DNA of 64,000 bases from Eledone cirrhosa (lineage: Eukaryota): the NCBI GenBank assembly GCA_964016885.1, contig OZ024743.1, forward strand, positions 138,942,001 through 139,006,000, written 5' to 3'. Position numbers and translations under genes: made by a program. How positions within the stretch are numbered: the first letter of the stretch is position 1; the number at the start of each line of letters is the position of its first letter. The notes under the pieces are model-generated. The model worked only from the letters and a program-made list of their open reading frames with translations. It made no database searches and was not told the DNA's origin. Positions 36,421 through 47,700 of the stretch are shown here, piece by piece.

Positions 36421-39400
36421 TTGGTGCTTGGTGCTTGGGGTTTGGTGCTTGGTGCTTGGTGTTTGGTGTTTGGTGCTTGGTGCTTGGGGCTTGGTGTTTG
36501 GTGCTTTGTGCTTGGTGCTTGGTGTTTGGTGCTTGGTGCTTGGTGCTTCGTGTTTGGTGTTTGGTGTTTGGTGCTTGGTGTTTGGTGCTTGGTGCTTGGT
36601 GCTGGGTGGTTGGTGTTTGGTGCTTGGTGCTTGGTGTTTGGTGCTTGGTGGTTGGTGCTTGGGGTTTGGTGCTTGGTGCTTGGTGCTTGGTGCTTGGTCT
36701 TTGGTGCTTGGTGTTTGGTGTTTGGTGCTTGGTGCTTGGTGTTTGATGCTTGGTGCTTGGTGATTGGTGTTTGGTGCTTGGTGCTTGGTGCTTGGTGATT
36801 AGTGTTTGGTGCTTGGTGCTTGGTGCCTGGTGCTTGGTGCTTGGTGCTTGTTGTTTGATGCTTGGTGCTTGGTGATTAGTGTTTGGTGCTTGGTACTTGG
36901 GGTTTGGTGTTTGGTGCTTGGTCTTTGGTGCTTGGTGTTTGGTGTTTGGTGCTTGGTGCTTGGTGCTTGGTGCTTGATGCTTGGTGCTTGGTGTTAGGTG
37001 TTTGGTGCTTGGTGCTTGGTGTTTGATGTTTGGTCCTTGGTGCTTGGTGTTTGGTGTTTGGTGCTTGGTGCTAGGTGTTTTGTGTGTGGTGCTTGCTGCT
37101 TGGTGCTTGGTGTTTTGTGTTAGGAGTTTGGTGCTTGATGTTTGGTGCTTCGGTCTTGGTGCTTGGTGTTTGGTGTTTGGTGTATGGTGCTTGGTGCTTG
37201 GTGTTTGGTGCTTCGTGCTTGGTGCTTGGTGTTTGGTGCATGGTGCTTGGTGTTTGGGGCTTGGTGCCTGGTGCTTTGTGTTTGCTGCTAGGTGCTTGGT
37301 GCTTGGTGTTTGGTGCTTTGTGCTTGGTGTTTGGTGCTGGGTGTATGGTGTTTGGTGCTTGGTGCTTGGTGCGTGGTGTTTGGTGTTTGGTGCTTGGTAC
37401 TTGGTGTTTGGTGTTTGATGCTTGGTGTTTGATGCTTGTTGCTTGGTGCTTGGTGTTTTGTGTTTGGTGTTTGGTGCTTGGTGTATGTACTTGGTGCTTG
37501 GTGATTGGTGTTTGGTGCTTGGTTCTTGGTTTTTGGTGCTTGGTGCTTGGTGCTTGGTGTTTGGTGCTTGGTGCTTGGTGTTTGGTGCTTGGTGTTTGGT
37601 GTTTGGTGCTTGGTGTTTGGTACTTGGTGCTTGGTGCTTGGTGTTAAGTGTTTGGTGCTTGGTGCTTGGTGTTTGGTGCTTGGTGCTTGGTGCTTGGTGT
37701 TTTGTGTTTGGTGCTAGGTGCTTGGTGCTTGGTCTTTGGTGTTTGGTGCTTGGTGCTTGGTGCTTGGTGTTTGGTGCTTGGTGCTTGGTGCTTGGTTATT
37801 AGTGTTTGGTGCTTGGTGCTTGGGGTTTGGTGTTTGGTGCTTGGTACTTGGTGTTTGGTGTTTGCTGTATGGTGTTTGCTGTTTCGTGTTTGGTGTTTGC
37901 TGTTTGGTGTTTAATGCTTGGTGCTTGGTGCTTGGTGTTTGGTGCTTGGTGCTTGGTGCTTGGTGTTTGGCGTTAGCTCTTTGCTGTTTGGTGTTTGGTG
38001 CTTGTTGTTTGGTGTTTGGTGTTTGGTGTTTGGTGTTTGGTGCTTGCTGTTTGGTGCTTGGTGCTTGGTGTTTGGTGTTTGGTGTTTGGTGCTTGGTGCT
38101 TGGTGGTTGGTGCTTGGTGCTGGGTGTTTGGTGCTAGGTGCTTGGTGTTTGGTGCTTGGTGCTTGGTGCTTGGTGCTTGGTCTTTGGTGCTTGGTGTTTG
38201 GTGTTTGGTGCTTGGTGCTTGGTGTTTGGTGCTTGGGGCTTGGTGTTTGGTGCTTGGTGATTGCTGCTTGGTGTTTGGTGTTTGGTGCTTGGTGCTTGGT
38301 GCTTGGTGATTAGTGTTTGGTGCTTGGTGCTTGGTGCCTTGTGCTTGGTGCTTGGTGCTTGTTGTTTGGTGCTTGGTGCTTGGTGATTAGTGTTTGGTGC
38401 TTGGTGCTTGGTGCCTGGTGCTTGGTACTTGTTGTTTGGTGCTTGGTGCTTGGTGATTAGTGTTTGGTGCTTGGTGCTTGGGGCTTGGTGTTTGGTGCTT
38501 GGTGCTTGCTGTTTGGTGGTTGCTGTTTAGTGCTTGGTGTTTGGTGCTTGGTGCTTGGTGCTGGGTGGTTGGTGTTTGGTGATTGGTGCTTGGTGTTTGG
38601 TGCTTGGTGCTTGGTGCTTATTGTTTGGTGCTTGGTGCTTGGTCTTTGGTGCTTGGTGTTTGGTGTTTGGTGCTTGGTGCTTGGTGCTTGGTTTTTGGTG
38701 CTTGGTGCTTGGTGCTTGGTGTTTGGTGCTTGGTGCTTGGTGCTTGTTGTTTGGTGCTTGGTGCTTGGTCTTTGGTGCTTGGTGTTTGGTGTTTGGTGCT
38801 TGGTGCTTCGTGTTTGGTGCTTAGTGCCTGGTGCTTGGTGTTTGGTGCTTGGTGCTTGGTGTTTGCTGATTGGTGCTTGGTGCTTGGTGCTTGGTGCTTA
38901 GTGCTTGGTGTTTGGTGTTTGGTGCTTGGTGTTTGCTGTTTGGTGTTTGATGCTTGGTTTTTGCTGCTTGGTGCTTGGTGCTTGGTGCTTGGTGTTCTGT
39001 GTTTGGTGCTTGGTGCTTGGTGCCTGGTGCTTGGTGCTTGGTGCTTGTTGTTTGGTGCTTGGTGCTTGGTGATTAGTCTTTGGTGCTTGGTGCTTGGTGT
39101 TTGGTGTTTGGTGTTTCGTGCTTGGTGCTTGGTGTTTGGTGTTTGGTGCTTGGTGTTTGGTGCTTGGTGCTTTGAGCTTGGTGTTTGGTGCTGGGTGTAT
39201 GGTGTTTGGTGCTTGGTGCTTGGTGCTTGGTGTTTGGTGTTTGGTGCTTGGTACTTGGTGTTTGGTGTTTGATGCTTGGTGTTTGATGCTTGTTGCTTGG
39301 TGCTTGGTGTTTTGTGTTTGGTGTTTGGTGCTTGGTGTATGTACTTGGTGCTTGGTGCTTGGTGTTTGGTGCTTGGTGTTTGGTGTTTGGTGCTTGGTGT

Positions 39401-41714
39401 TTGGTACTTGGTGCTTGGTGCTTGGTGTTTGGTGCTTGGTTCTTGGTGTTTGGTGCTTGGTGCTTGGTGCTTGGTGTTTGGTGCTTGGTACTTGGTGTTT
39501 GGTGCTTGGTGTTTGGTGTTTGGTGCTTGGTGTTTGGTACTTGGTGCTTGGTGCTTGGTGTTAAGTGTTTGGTGCTTGGTGCTTGGTGTTTGGTGCTTCG
39601 TGCTTGGTGCTTGGTGTTTGGTGCATGGTGCTTGGTGTTTGGGGCTTGGTGCCTGGTGCTTTCTGTTTGGTGCTAGGTGCTTGGTGCTTGGTCTTTGGTG
39701 TTTGGTGCTTGGTGCTTGGTGCTTGGTGTTTGGTGCTTGGTGCTTGGTGCTTGGTTATTAGTGTTTGGTGCTTGGTGCTTGGGGTTTGGTGTTTGGTGCT
39801 TGGTGCTTGGTGTTTGGTGTTTGCTGTATGGTGTTTGCTGTTTCGTGTTTGGTGTTTGGTGTTTGGTGTTTAATGCTTGGTGCTTGGTGTTTGGTGTTTG
39901 GTGTTTGGTGCTTGGTGCTTGGTGTTTGGTGCTTAGTGCTTGGTGCTGGGTGTTTGGTGCTTGGTGCTTGGTGTTTGGTGCTTGGTGCTTGATGCTTGGT
40001 GCTTGGTGTTTGGTCCTTGGTGCTTGGTGCTTGGTCTTTGGTGCTTGGGGTTTGGTGTTTGGTGCTTGGTGCTTGGTGTTTGGTGTTTGGTGCTTGCTGC
40101 TTGGTGCTTGGTGTTTGGTGCTTGGTGCTTGGTGATTAGTGTTTGGTGCATGGTGCTTGGTGTTTGTTGTTTGGTGCTTGGTGCTTGGTGTTTGGTGCTT
40201 GGTGCTTGCTGTTTGGTGTTTGGTGTTTGGTGCTTGGTGCTTGGTGTTTGGTGTTTGGTGTTTGGTGTTTGGTGTTTGGTGCTTGGTGCTTGGTGTTTGG
40301 TGCTTGGTGTTTGGTGCTTGGTGTATGTACTTGGTGCTTGGTGCTTGGTGTTTGGTGCTTGGTTCTTGGTGTTTGGTGCTTGGTGCTTTGTACTTGGTGT
40401 TTGGTGCTTGGTGCTTGGTCTTTGGTGCTTGGTGTTTGGTGTTTGGTGCTTGGTGCTTGGTGTTTGGTGCTTGGTGCCTGGTGCTTGGTGTTTGGTGCTT
40501 GGTGATTGGTGTTTGGTGATTGGTGCTTGGTGCTTGGTGCTTAGTGCTTGGTGTTTGGTGTTTGGTGCTTGGTGTTTGGTGTTTGATGCTTGGTGCTTGG
40601 TGCTTGGTGCTTGGTGCATGGTGTTCTGTGTTTGGTGCTTGGTGCTTGGTGCTTGTTGTTTGGTGCTTGGTGCTTGGTGATTAGTCTTTGGTGCTTGGTG
40701 CTTGGTATTTGGTGTTTGGTGTTTCGTGCTTGGTGTCTAGTGTTTGGGTTTTGGTGTTTGGTGCTTGGTGCTTAGTGTTTGGTGTTTGGTGCTTGGTGCT
40801 TAGTGTTTGGTGTTTGGTGCTTGGTGTTTGGTGCTTGGTGCTTTGTGCTTAGTGTTTGGTGCTGGGTGTATGGTGTTTGGTGCTTGGTGCTTGGTGCTTG
40901 GTGTTTGTTGTTTGGTGCTTGGTACTTGGTGTTTGGTGTTTGATGCTTGGTGTTTGATGCTTGTTGCTTGGTGCTTGGTGTTTTGTGTTTGGTGCTTGGT
41001 GCTTGGTGTATGTACTTGGTGCTTGGTGCTTGGTGTTTGGTGCTTGGTTCTTGGTGTTTGGTGCTTGGTGCTTGGTGCTTGGTGTTTGGTGCTTGGTGCT
41101 TGGTGTTTGGTGCTTGGTGTTTGGTGTTTGGTGCTTGGTGTTTGGTACTTGGTGCTTGGTGCTTGGTGTTAAGTGTTTGGTGCTTGGTGCTTGCTGTTTG
41201 GTGCTTCGTGCTTGGTTTTTGGTGTTTGGTGCATGGTGCTTGGTGTTTGGGGCTTGGTGCCTGGCGCTTTGTGTTTGGTGCTAGGTGCTTGGTGCTTGGT
41301 CTTTGGTGTTTGGTGCTTAGTACTTGGTGCTTGGTGTTTGGTGCTTGGTGCTTGGTGCTTGGTTATTAGTGTTTGGTGTTTGGTGCTTGGCGCTTGGTGT
41401 TTGGTGCTTGGTGCTTGCTGCTTGGTGCTTGGTGTTTGGTGCTTGGTGCTTGGTGCTTGGTGTTTGGTGCTTGGTGTTCGGTGCTTGGTGCTTGGTGCTT
41501 GGTGCTTGGTGTTAGGTGTTTGGTGCTTGGTGCTTGGTGTTTGATGTTTGGTCCTTGGTGCTTGGTGTTTGGTGCTTGGTGCTTGGTGTTTGGTGTTTGG
41601 TGCTTGCTGCTTGTTGCTTGGTGCTTGTTGTTTGGTGCTTGGTGCTTGGTCTTTGGTGCTTGGTGTTTGGTGTTTGGTGCTTGGTGCTTGGTGCTTGGTT
41701 TTTGGTGCATGGTG

Positions 41715-44700
41715 CTTGGTGCTTGGTGTTTGGTGCTTGGTGCTTGGTGCTTGGTGCTTGCTGTTTGGTGTTTGGTGTTTGGTGCTTGGTGCTTGGTGTT
41801 TGGTGTTTGGTGTTTGGTGTTTGGTGTTTGGTGCTTGGTGCTTGGTGTTTGGTGCTTGGTGTTTGGTGCTTGGTGTATGTACTTGGTGCTTGGTGCTTGG
41901 TGTTTGGTGCTTGGTTCTTGGTGTTTGGTGCTTGGTGCTTTGTACTTGGTGTTTGGTGCTTGGTGCTTGGTCTTTGGTGCTTGGTGTTTGGTGTTTGGTG
42001 CTTGGTGCTTGGTGTTTGGTGCTTGGTGCCTGGTGCTTGGTGGTTGGTGCTTGGTGCTTGGTGTTTGGTGATTGGTGCTTGGTGCTTGGTGCTTAGTGCT
42101 TGGTGTTTGGTGTTTGGTGCTTGGTGTTTGGTGTTTGATGCTTGGTGCTTGGTGCTTGGTGCTTGGTGCATGGTGTTCTGTGTTTGGTGCTTGGTGCTTG
42201 GTGCTTGTTGTTTGGTGCTTGGTGCTTGGTGATTAGTCTTTGGTGCTTGGTGCTTGGTATTTGGTGTTTGGTGTTTCGTGCTTGGTGTCTAGTGTTTGGG
42301 TTTTGGTGTTTGGTGCTTGGTGCTTAGTGTTTGGTGTTTGGTGCTTGGTGCTTGGTGTTTGGTGTTTGGTGCTTGGTGTTTGGTGCTTGGTGCTTTGTGC
42401 TTAGTGTTTGGTGCTGGGTGTATGGTGTTTGGTGCTTGGTGCTTGGTGCTTGGTGTTTGTTGTTTGGTGCTCGGTACTTGGTGTTTGGTGTTTGATGCTT
42501 GGTGTTTGATGCTTGTTGCTTGGTGCTTGGTGCTTGGTGTTTGGTGCTTGGTGTTTGGTGTTTGGTGCTTGGTGTTTGGTACTTGGTGCTTGGTGCTTGG
42601 TGTTAAGTGTTTGGTGCTTGGTGCTTGGTGTTTGGTGCTTCGTGCTTGGTGCTTGGTGTTTGGTGCATGGTGCTTGGTGTTTGGGGCTTGGTGCCTGGTG
42701 CTTTGTGTTTGGTGCTAGGTGCTTGGTGCTTGGTCTTTGGTGTTTGGTGCTTAGTACTTGGTGCCTGGTGTTTGGTGCTTGGTGCTTGGTGCTTGGTTAT
42801 TAGTGTTTGGTGTTTGGTGCTTGGCGCTTGGTGTTGGTGCTTGGTGCTTGCTGCTTGGTGCTTGGTGTTTGGTGCTTGGTGCTTCGTGCTTTGTGTTTGG
42901 TGCTTGGTGTTCGGTGCTTGGTGCTTGGTGCTTGGTGCTTGGTGTTAGGTGTTTGGTGCTTGGTGCTTGGTGTTTGATGTTTGGTCCTTGGTGCTTGGTG
43001 TTTGGTGCTTGGTGCTTGGTGTTTGGTGTTTGGTGCTTGCTGCTTGGTGCTTGGTGCTTGTTGTTTGGTGCTTGGTGCTTGGTCTTTGGTGCTTGGTGTT
43101 TGGTGTTTGGTGCTTGGTGGTTGGTGCTTGGTTTTTGGTGCAAGGTGCTTGGTGCTTGGTGTTTGGTGCTTGGTGCTTGGTGCTTGTTGTTTGGTGCTTG
43201 GTGCTTGGTCTTTGGTGCTTGGTGTTTGGTGTTTGGGGCTTGGTGCTTGGTGTTTGGTGCTTGGTGCCTGGTGCTTGGTGTTTGGTGCTTGGTGCTTGGT
43301 GTTTGGTGATTGGTGCTTGGTGCTTGGTGCTTAGTGCTTGGTGTTTGGTGTTTGGTGCTTGGTGTTTGGTGTTTGATGCTTGGTGCTTGGTGCTTGGTGC
43401 TTGGTGCTTGGTGTTCTGTGTTTGGTGCTTGGTGCTTGGTGCTTGTTGTTTGGTGCTTGGTGCTTGGTGATTAGTCTTTGGTGCTTGGTGCATGGTATTT
43501 GGTGTTTGGTGTTTCGTGATTGGGGTCTAGTGTTTGGGTTTTGGTGTTTGGTGCTTGGTGCTTAGTGTTTGGTGTTTGGTGCTTGGTGCTTGGTGTTTGG
43601 TGTTTGGTGTTTGGTGCTTGGTGCTTGGTGCTTTGTGCTTAGTGTTTGGTGCTGGGTGTATGGTGTTTGGTGCTTGGTGCTTGGTGCTTGGTGTTTGTTG
43701 TTTGGTGCTTGGTACTTGGTGTTTGGTGTTTGATGCTTGGTGTTTGATGCTTGTTGCTTGGTGCTTGGTGTTTTGTGTTTGGTGTTTGGTGCTTGGTGTA
43801 TGTACTTGGTGCTTGGTGTTTGGTGCTTGGTTCTTGGTGTTTGGTGCTTGGTGCTTGGTGCTTGGTGTTTGGTGCTTGGTGCTTGGTGTTTGGTGCTTGG
43901 TGTTTGGTATTTGGTGCTTGGTGTTTGGTACTTGGTGCTTGGTGCTTGGTGTTAAGTGTTTGGTGCTTGGTGTTTGGTGCTTCGTGCTTGGTGCTTGGTG
44001 TTTGGTGCATGGTGCTTGTTGTTTGGGGCTTGGTGCCTGGTGCTTTGTGTTTGGTGCTAGGTGCTTGGTGCTTGGTCTTTGGTGTTTGGTGCTTGGTACT
44101 TGGTGCTTGGTGTTTGGTGCTTGGTGCTTGGTGCTTGGTTATTAGTGTTTGGTGTTTGGTGCTTGGCGCTTGGTGTTTGGTGCTTGGTGCTTGGTGCTTG
44201 GTGTTTGGTGTTTGGTGCTTGCTGCTGGTGCTTGGTGTTTGGTGCTTGGTGCTTGGTGCTTGGTGTTTGGTGCTTGGTGCTTGCTGTTTGGTGTTTGGTC
44301 TTTGGTGCTTGGTGCTTGGTGTTTGGTGTTTGGTGTTTGGTGTTTGGTGTTTGGTGTTTGGTGCTTCGTGTTTGGTGCTTGGTGTTTGGTGCTTGGTGTA
44401 TGTACTTGGTGCTTGGTACTTGGTGTTTGGTGCTTGGTTCTTGGTGTTTGGTGCTTGGTGCTTGGTGCTTGGTGTTTGGTGCTTGGTGCTTGGTGTTTGG
44501 TACTTGGTGCTTGGTGTTTGGTGTTTGGTGTTTGGTGTTTGGTGCTTGGTGCTTGGTGCTTGGTGTTAAGTGTTTGGTGCTTGGTGCTTCGTGTTTGGTG
44601 CTTCGTGCTTGGTGCTTGGTGTTTGGTGCATGGTGCTTGATGTTTGGGGCTTGGTGCCTGGTGCTTGGTGTTTGGTGCTTGGTGCTTGGTGCTTGGTGTT

Positions 44701-47700
44701 TGGTGTTTGGTGCTTGGTGCTTGGTGTTTGGTGCTTGGTGTTTGGTGCTTGGTGTTCGGTGCTTGGTGCTTGGTGCTTGGTACTTGGTGTTAGGTTTTTG
44801 GTGCTTGGGGCTTGGTGTTTGGTGTTTGGTGCTTGGTGCTTGGTGTTTGGTGTTTGGTGCTTGGTGTTTGGTGTTTGGTGCTTTGTGCTTGGTGCTTGGT
44901 GTTTGGTGTTTGGTGCTTGGTACTTGGTGTTTGGTGTTTGATGCTTGGTGTTTGATGCTTGTTGCTTGGTGCTTGGTGTTTTGTGTTTGGTGTTTGGTGC
45001 TTGGTGTATGTACTTGGTGCTTGGTGATTGGTGTTTGGTGCTTGGTTCTTGGTTTTTGGTGCTTGGTGCTTGGTGCTTGGTGTTTGGTGCTTGGTGCTTG
45101 GTGTTTGGTGCTTGGTGTTTGGTGTTTGGTGCTTGGTGTTTGGTACTTGGTGCTTGGTGCTTGGTGTTAAGTGTTTGGTGCTTGGTGCTTGGTGTTTGGT
45201 GCTTGGTGCTTGGTGCTTGGTGTTTGGTGCATGGTGCTTGGTGTTTGGGGCTTGGTGCCTGGTGCTTTGTGTTTGGTGCTAGGTGCTTGGTGCTTGGTCT
45301 TTGGTGTTTGGTGCTTGGTGCTTGGTGCTTGGTGTTTGGTGCTTGGTGCTTGGTGCTTGGTTATTAGTGTTTGGTGCTTGGTGCTTGGGGTTTGGTGTTT
45401 GGTGCTTGGTGCTTGGTGTTTGGTGTTTGCTGTATGGTGTTTGCTGTTTCGTGTTTGGTGTTTGCTGTTTGGTGTTTAATGCTTGGTGCTTGGTGCTTGG
45501 TGTTTGGTGCTTGGTGCTTGGTGCTTGGTGTTTGGCGTTTGCTCTTTGCTGTTTGGTGTTTGGTGCTTGCTGTTTGGTGTTTGGTGTTTGGTGTTTGGTG
45601 TTTGGTGCTTGCTGTTTGGTGCTTGGTGCTTGGTGTTTGGTGTTTGGTGTTTGGTGCTTGGTGCTTGGTGGTTGGTGCTTGGTGCTGGGTGTTTGGTGCT
45701 AGGTGCTTGGTGTTTGGTGCTTGGTGCTTGGTGCTTGGTGCTTGGTCTTTGGTGCTTGGTGTTTGGTGTTTGGTGCTTGGTGCTTGGTGTTTGGTGCTTG
45801 GGGCTTGGTGTTTGGTGCTTGGTGATTGCTGCTTGGTGTTTGGTGTTTGGTGCTTGGTGCTTGGTGCTTGGTGATTAGTGTTTGGTGCTTGGTGCTTGGT
45901 GCCTTGTGCTTGGTGCTTGGTGCTTGTTGTTTGGTGCTTGGTGCTTGGTGATTAGTGTTTGGTGCTTGGTGCTTGGTGCCTGGTGCTTGGTGCTTGTTGT
46001 TTGGTGCTTGGTGCTTGGTGATTAGTGTTTGGTGCTTGGTGCTTGGGGCTTGGTGTTTGGTGCTTGGTGCTTGCTGTTTGGTGGTTGCTGTTTAGTGCTT
46101 GGTGTTTGGTGCTTGGTGCTTGGTGCTGGGTGGTTGGTGTTTGGTGCTTGGTGCTTGGTGTTTGGTGCTTGGTGCTTGGTGCTTGTTGTTTGGTGCTTGG
46201 TGCTTGGTCTTTGGTGCTTGGTGTTTGGTGTTTGGTGCTTGGTGCTTGGTGCTTGGTTTTTGGTGCTTGGTGCTTGGTGCTTGGTGTTTGGTGCTTGGTG
46301 CTTGGTGCTTGTTGTTTGGTGCTTGGTGCTTGGTCTTTGGTGCTTGGTGTTTGGTGTTTGGTGCTTGGTGCTTCGTGTTTGGTGCTTAGTGCCTGGTGCT
46401 TGGTGTTTGGTGCTTGGTGCTTGGTGTTTGGTGCTTAGTGCTTGGTGTTTGGTGTTTGGTGCTTGGTGTTTGTTGTTTGGTGTTTGATGCTTGGTTTTTG
46501 CTGCTTGGTGCTTGGTGCTTGGTGCTTGGTGCTTGGTGTTCTGTGTTTGGTGCTTGGTGCTTGGTGCCTGGTGCTTGGTGCTTGGTGCTTGTTGTTTGGT
46601 GCTTGGTGCTTGGTGATTAGTCTTTGGTGCTTGGAGCTTGGTGTTTGGTGTTTGGTGTTTCGTGCTTGGTGCTTGGTGTTTGGTGTTTGGTGCTTGGTGT
46701 TTGGTGCTTGGTGCTTTGAGCTTGGTGTTTGGTGCTGGGTGTATGGTGTTTGGTGCTTGGTGCTTGGTGCTTGGTGTTTGGTGTTTGGTGCTTGGTACTT
46801 GGTGTTTGGTGTTTGATGCTTGGTGTTTGATGCTTGTTGCTTGGTGCTTGGTGTTTTGTGTTTGGTGTTTGGTGCTTGGTGTATGTACTTGGTGCTTGGT
46901 GCTTGGTGTTTGGTGCTTGGTGTTTGGTGTTTGGTGCTTGGTGTTTGGTACTTGGTGCTTGGTGCTTGGTGTTTGGTGCTTGGTTCTTGGTGTTTGGTGC
47001 TTGGTGCTTGGTGCTTGGTGTTTGGTGCTTGGTACTTGGTGTTTGGTGCTTGGTGTTTGGTGTTTGGTGCTTGGTGTTTGGTACTTGGTGCTTGGTGCTT
47101 GGTGTTAAGTGTTTGGTGCTTGGTGCTTGGTGTTTGGTGCTTCGTGCTTGGTGCTTGGTGTTTGGTGCATGGTGCTTGGTGTTTGGGGCTTGGTGCCTGG
47201 TGCTTTCTGTTTGGTGCTAGGTGCTTGGTGCTTGGTCTTTGGTGTTTGGTGCTTGGTGCTTGGTGCTTGGTGTTTGGTGCTTGTTGCTTGGTGCTTGGTT
47301 ATTAGTGTTTGGTGCTTGGTGCTTGGGGTTTGGTGTTTGGTGCTTGGTGCTTGGTGTTTGGTGTTTGCTGTATGGTGTTTGCTGTTACGTGTTTGGTGTT
47401 TGGTGTTTGTTGTTTAATGCTTGGTGCTTGGTGTTTGGTGTTTGATGTTTGGTGCTTGGTGCTTGGTGTTTGGTGCTTGGTGCTTGGTGCTGGGTGTTTG
47501 GTGCTTGGTGCTTGGTGTTTGGTGCTTGGTGCTTGATGCTTGGTGCTTGGTGTTTGGTCCTTGGTGCTTGGTGCTTGGTCTTTGGTGCTTGGGGTTTGGT
47601 GTTTGGTGCTTGGTGCTTGGTGTTTGGTGCTTGGTGCTTGGTGCTTGGTGTTTGGTGTTTGGTGCTTGCTGCTTGGTGCTTGGTGTTTGGTGCTTGGTGC

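Larger units (their letters stand above)
1..37300. repeat. Left satellite sub-family domain (HOR built from modules A-B-C plus a marker-less D segment, ~5.3-5.4 kb)
   Basis: Variants seen only on this side: TTGATCC (last at ~36276), TGAGTGC, TTGACGC, TGGGTAC, TTGTTGT-ATGCTGT, TTCGTAT, and TAAGTGT followed by TTGGGGC. ATGTAC landmark spacings recur at 1434/1441, 1168 and 2835/2885 bp. Confidence 0.85.

Noticed and set aside
44219-44235. Chi-like motif (GCTGGTG created by a 1-bp deletion; GCTTGGTGG elsewhere)
   Set aside because: Not the full E. coli Chi octamer GCTGGTGG. The similarity is a trivial consequence of monomer composition.
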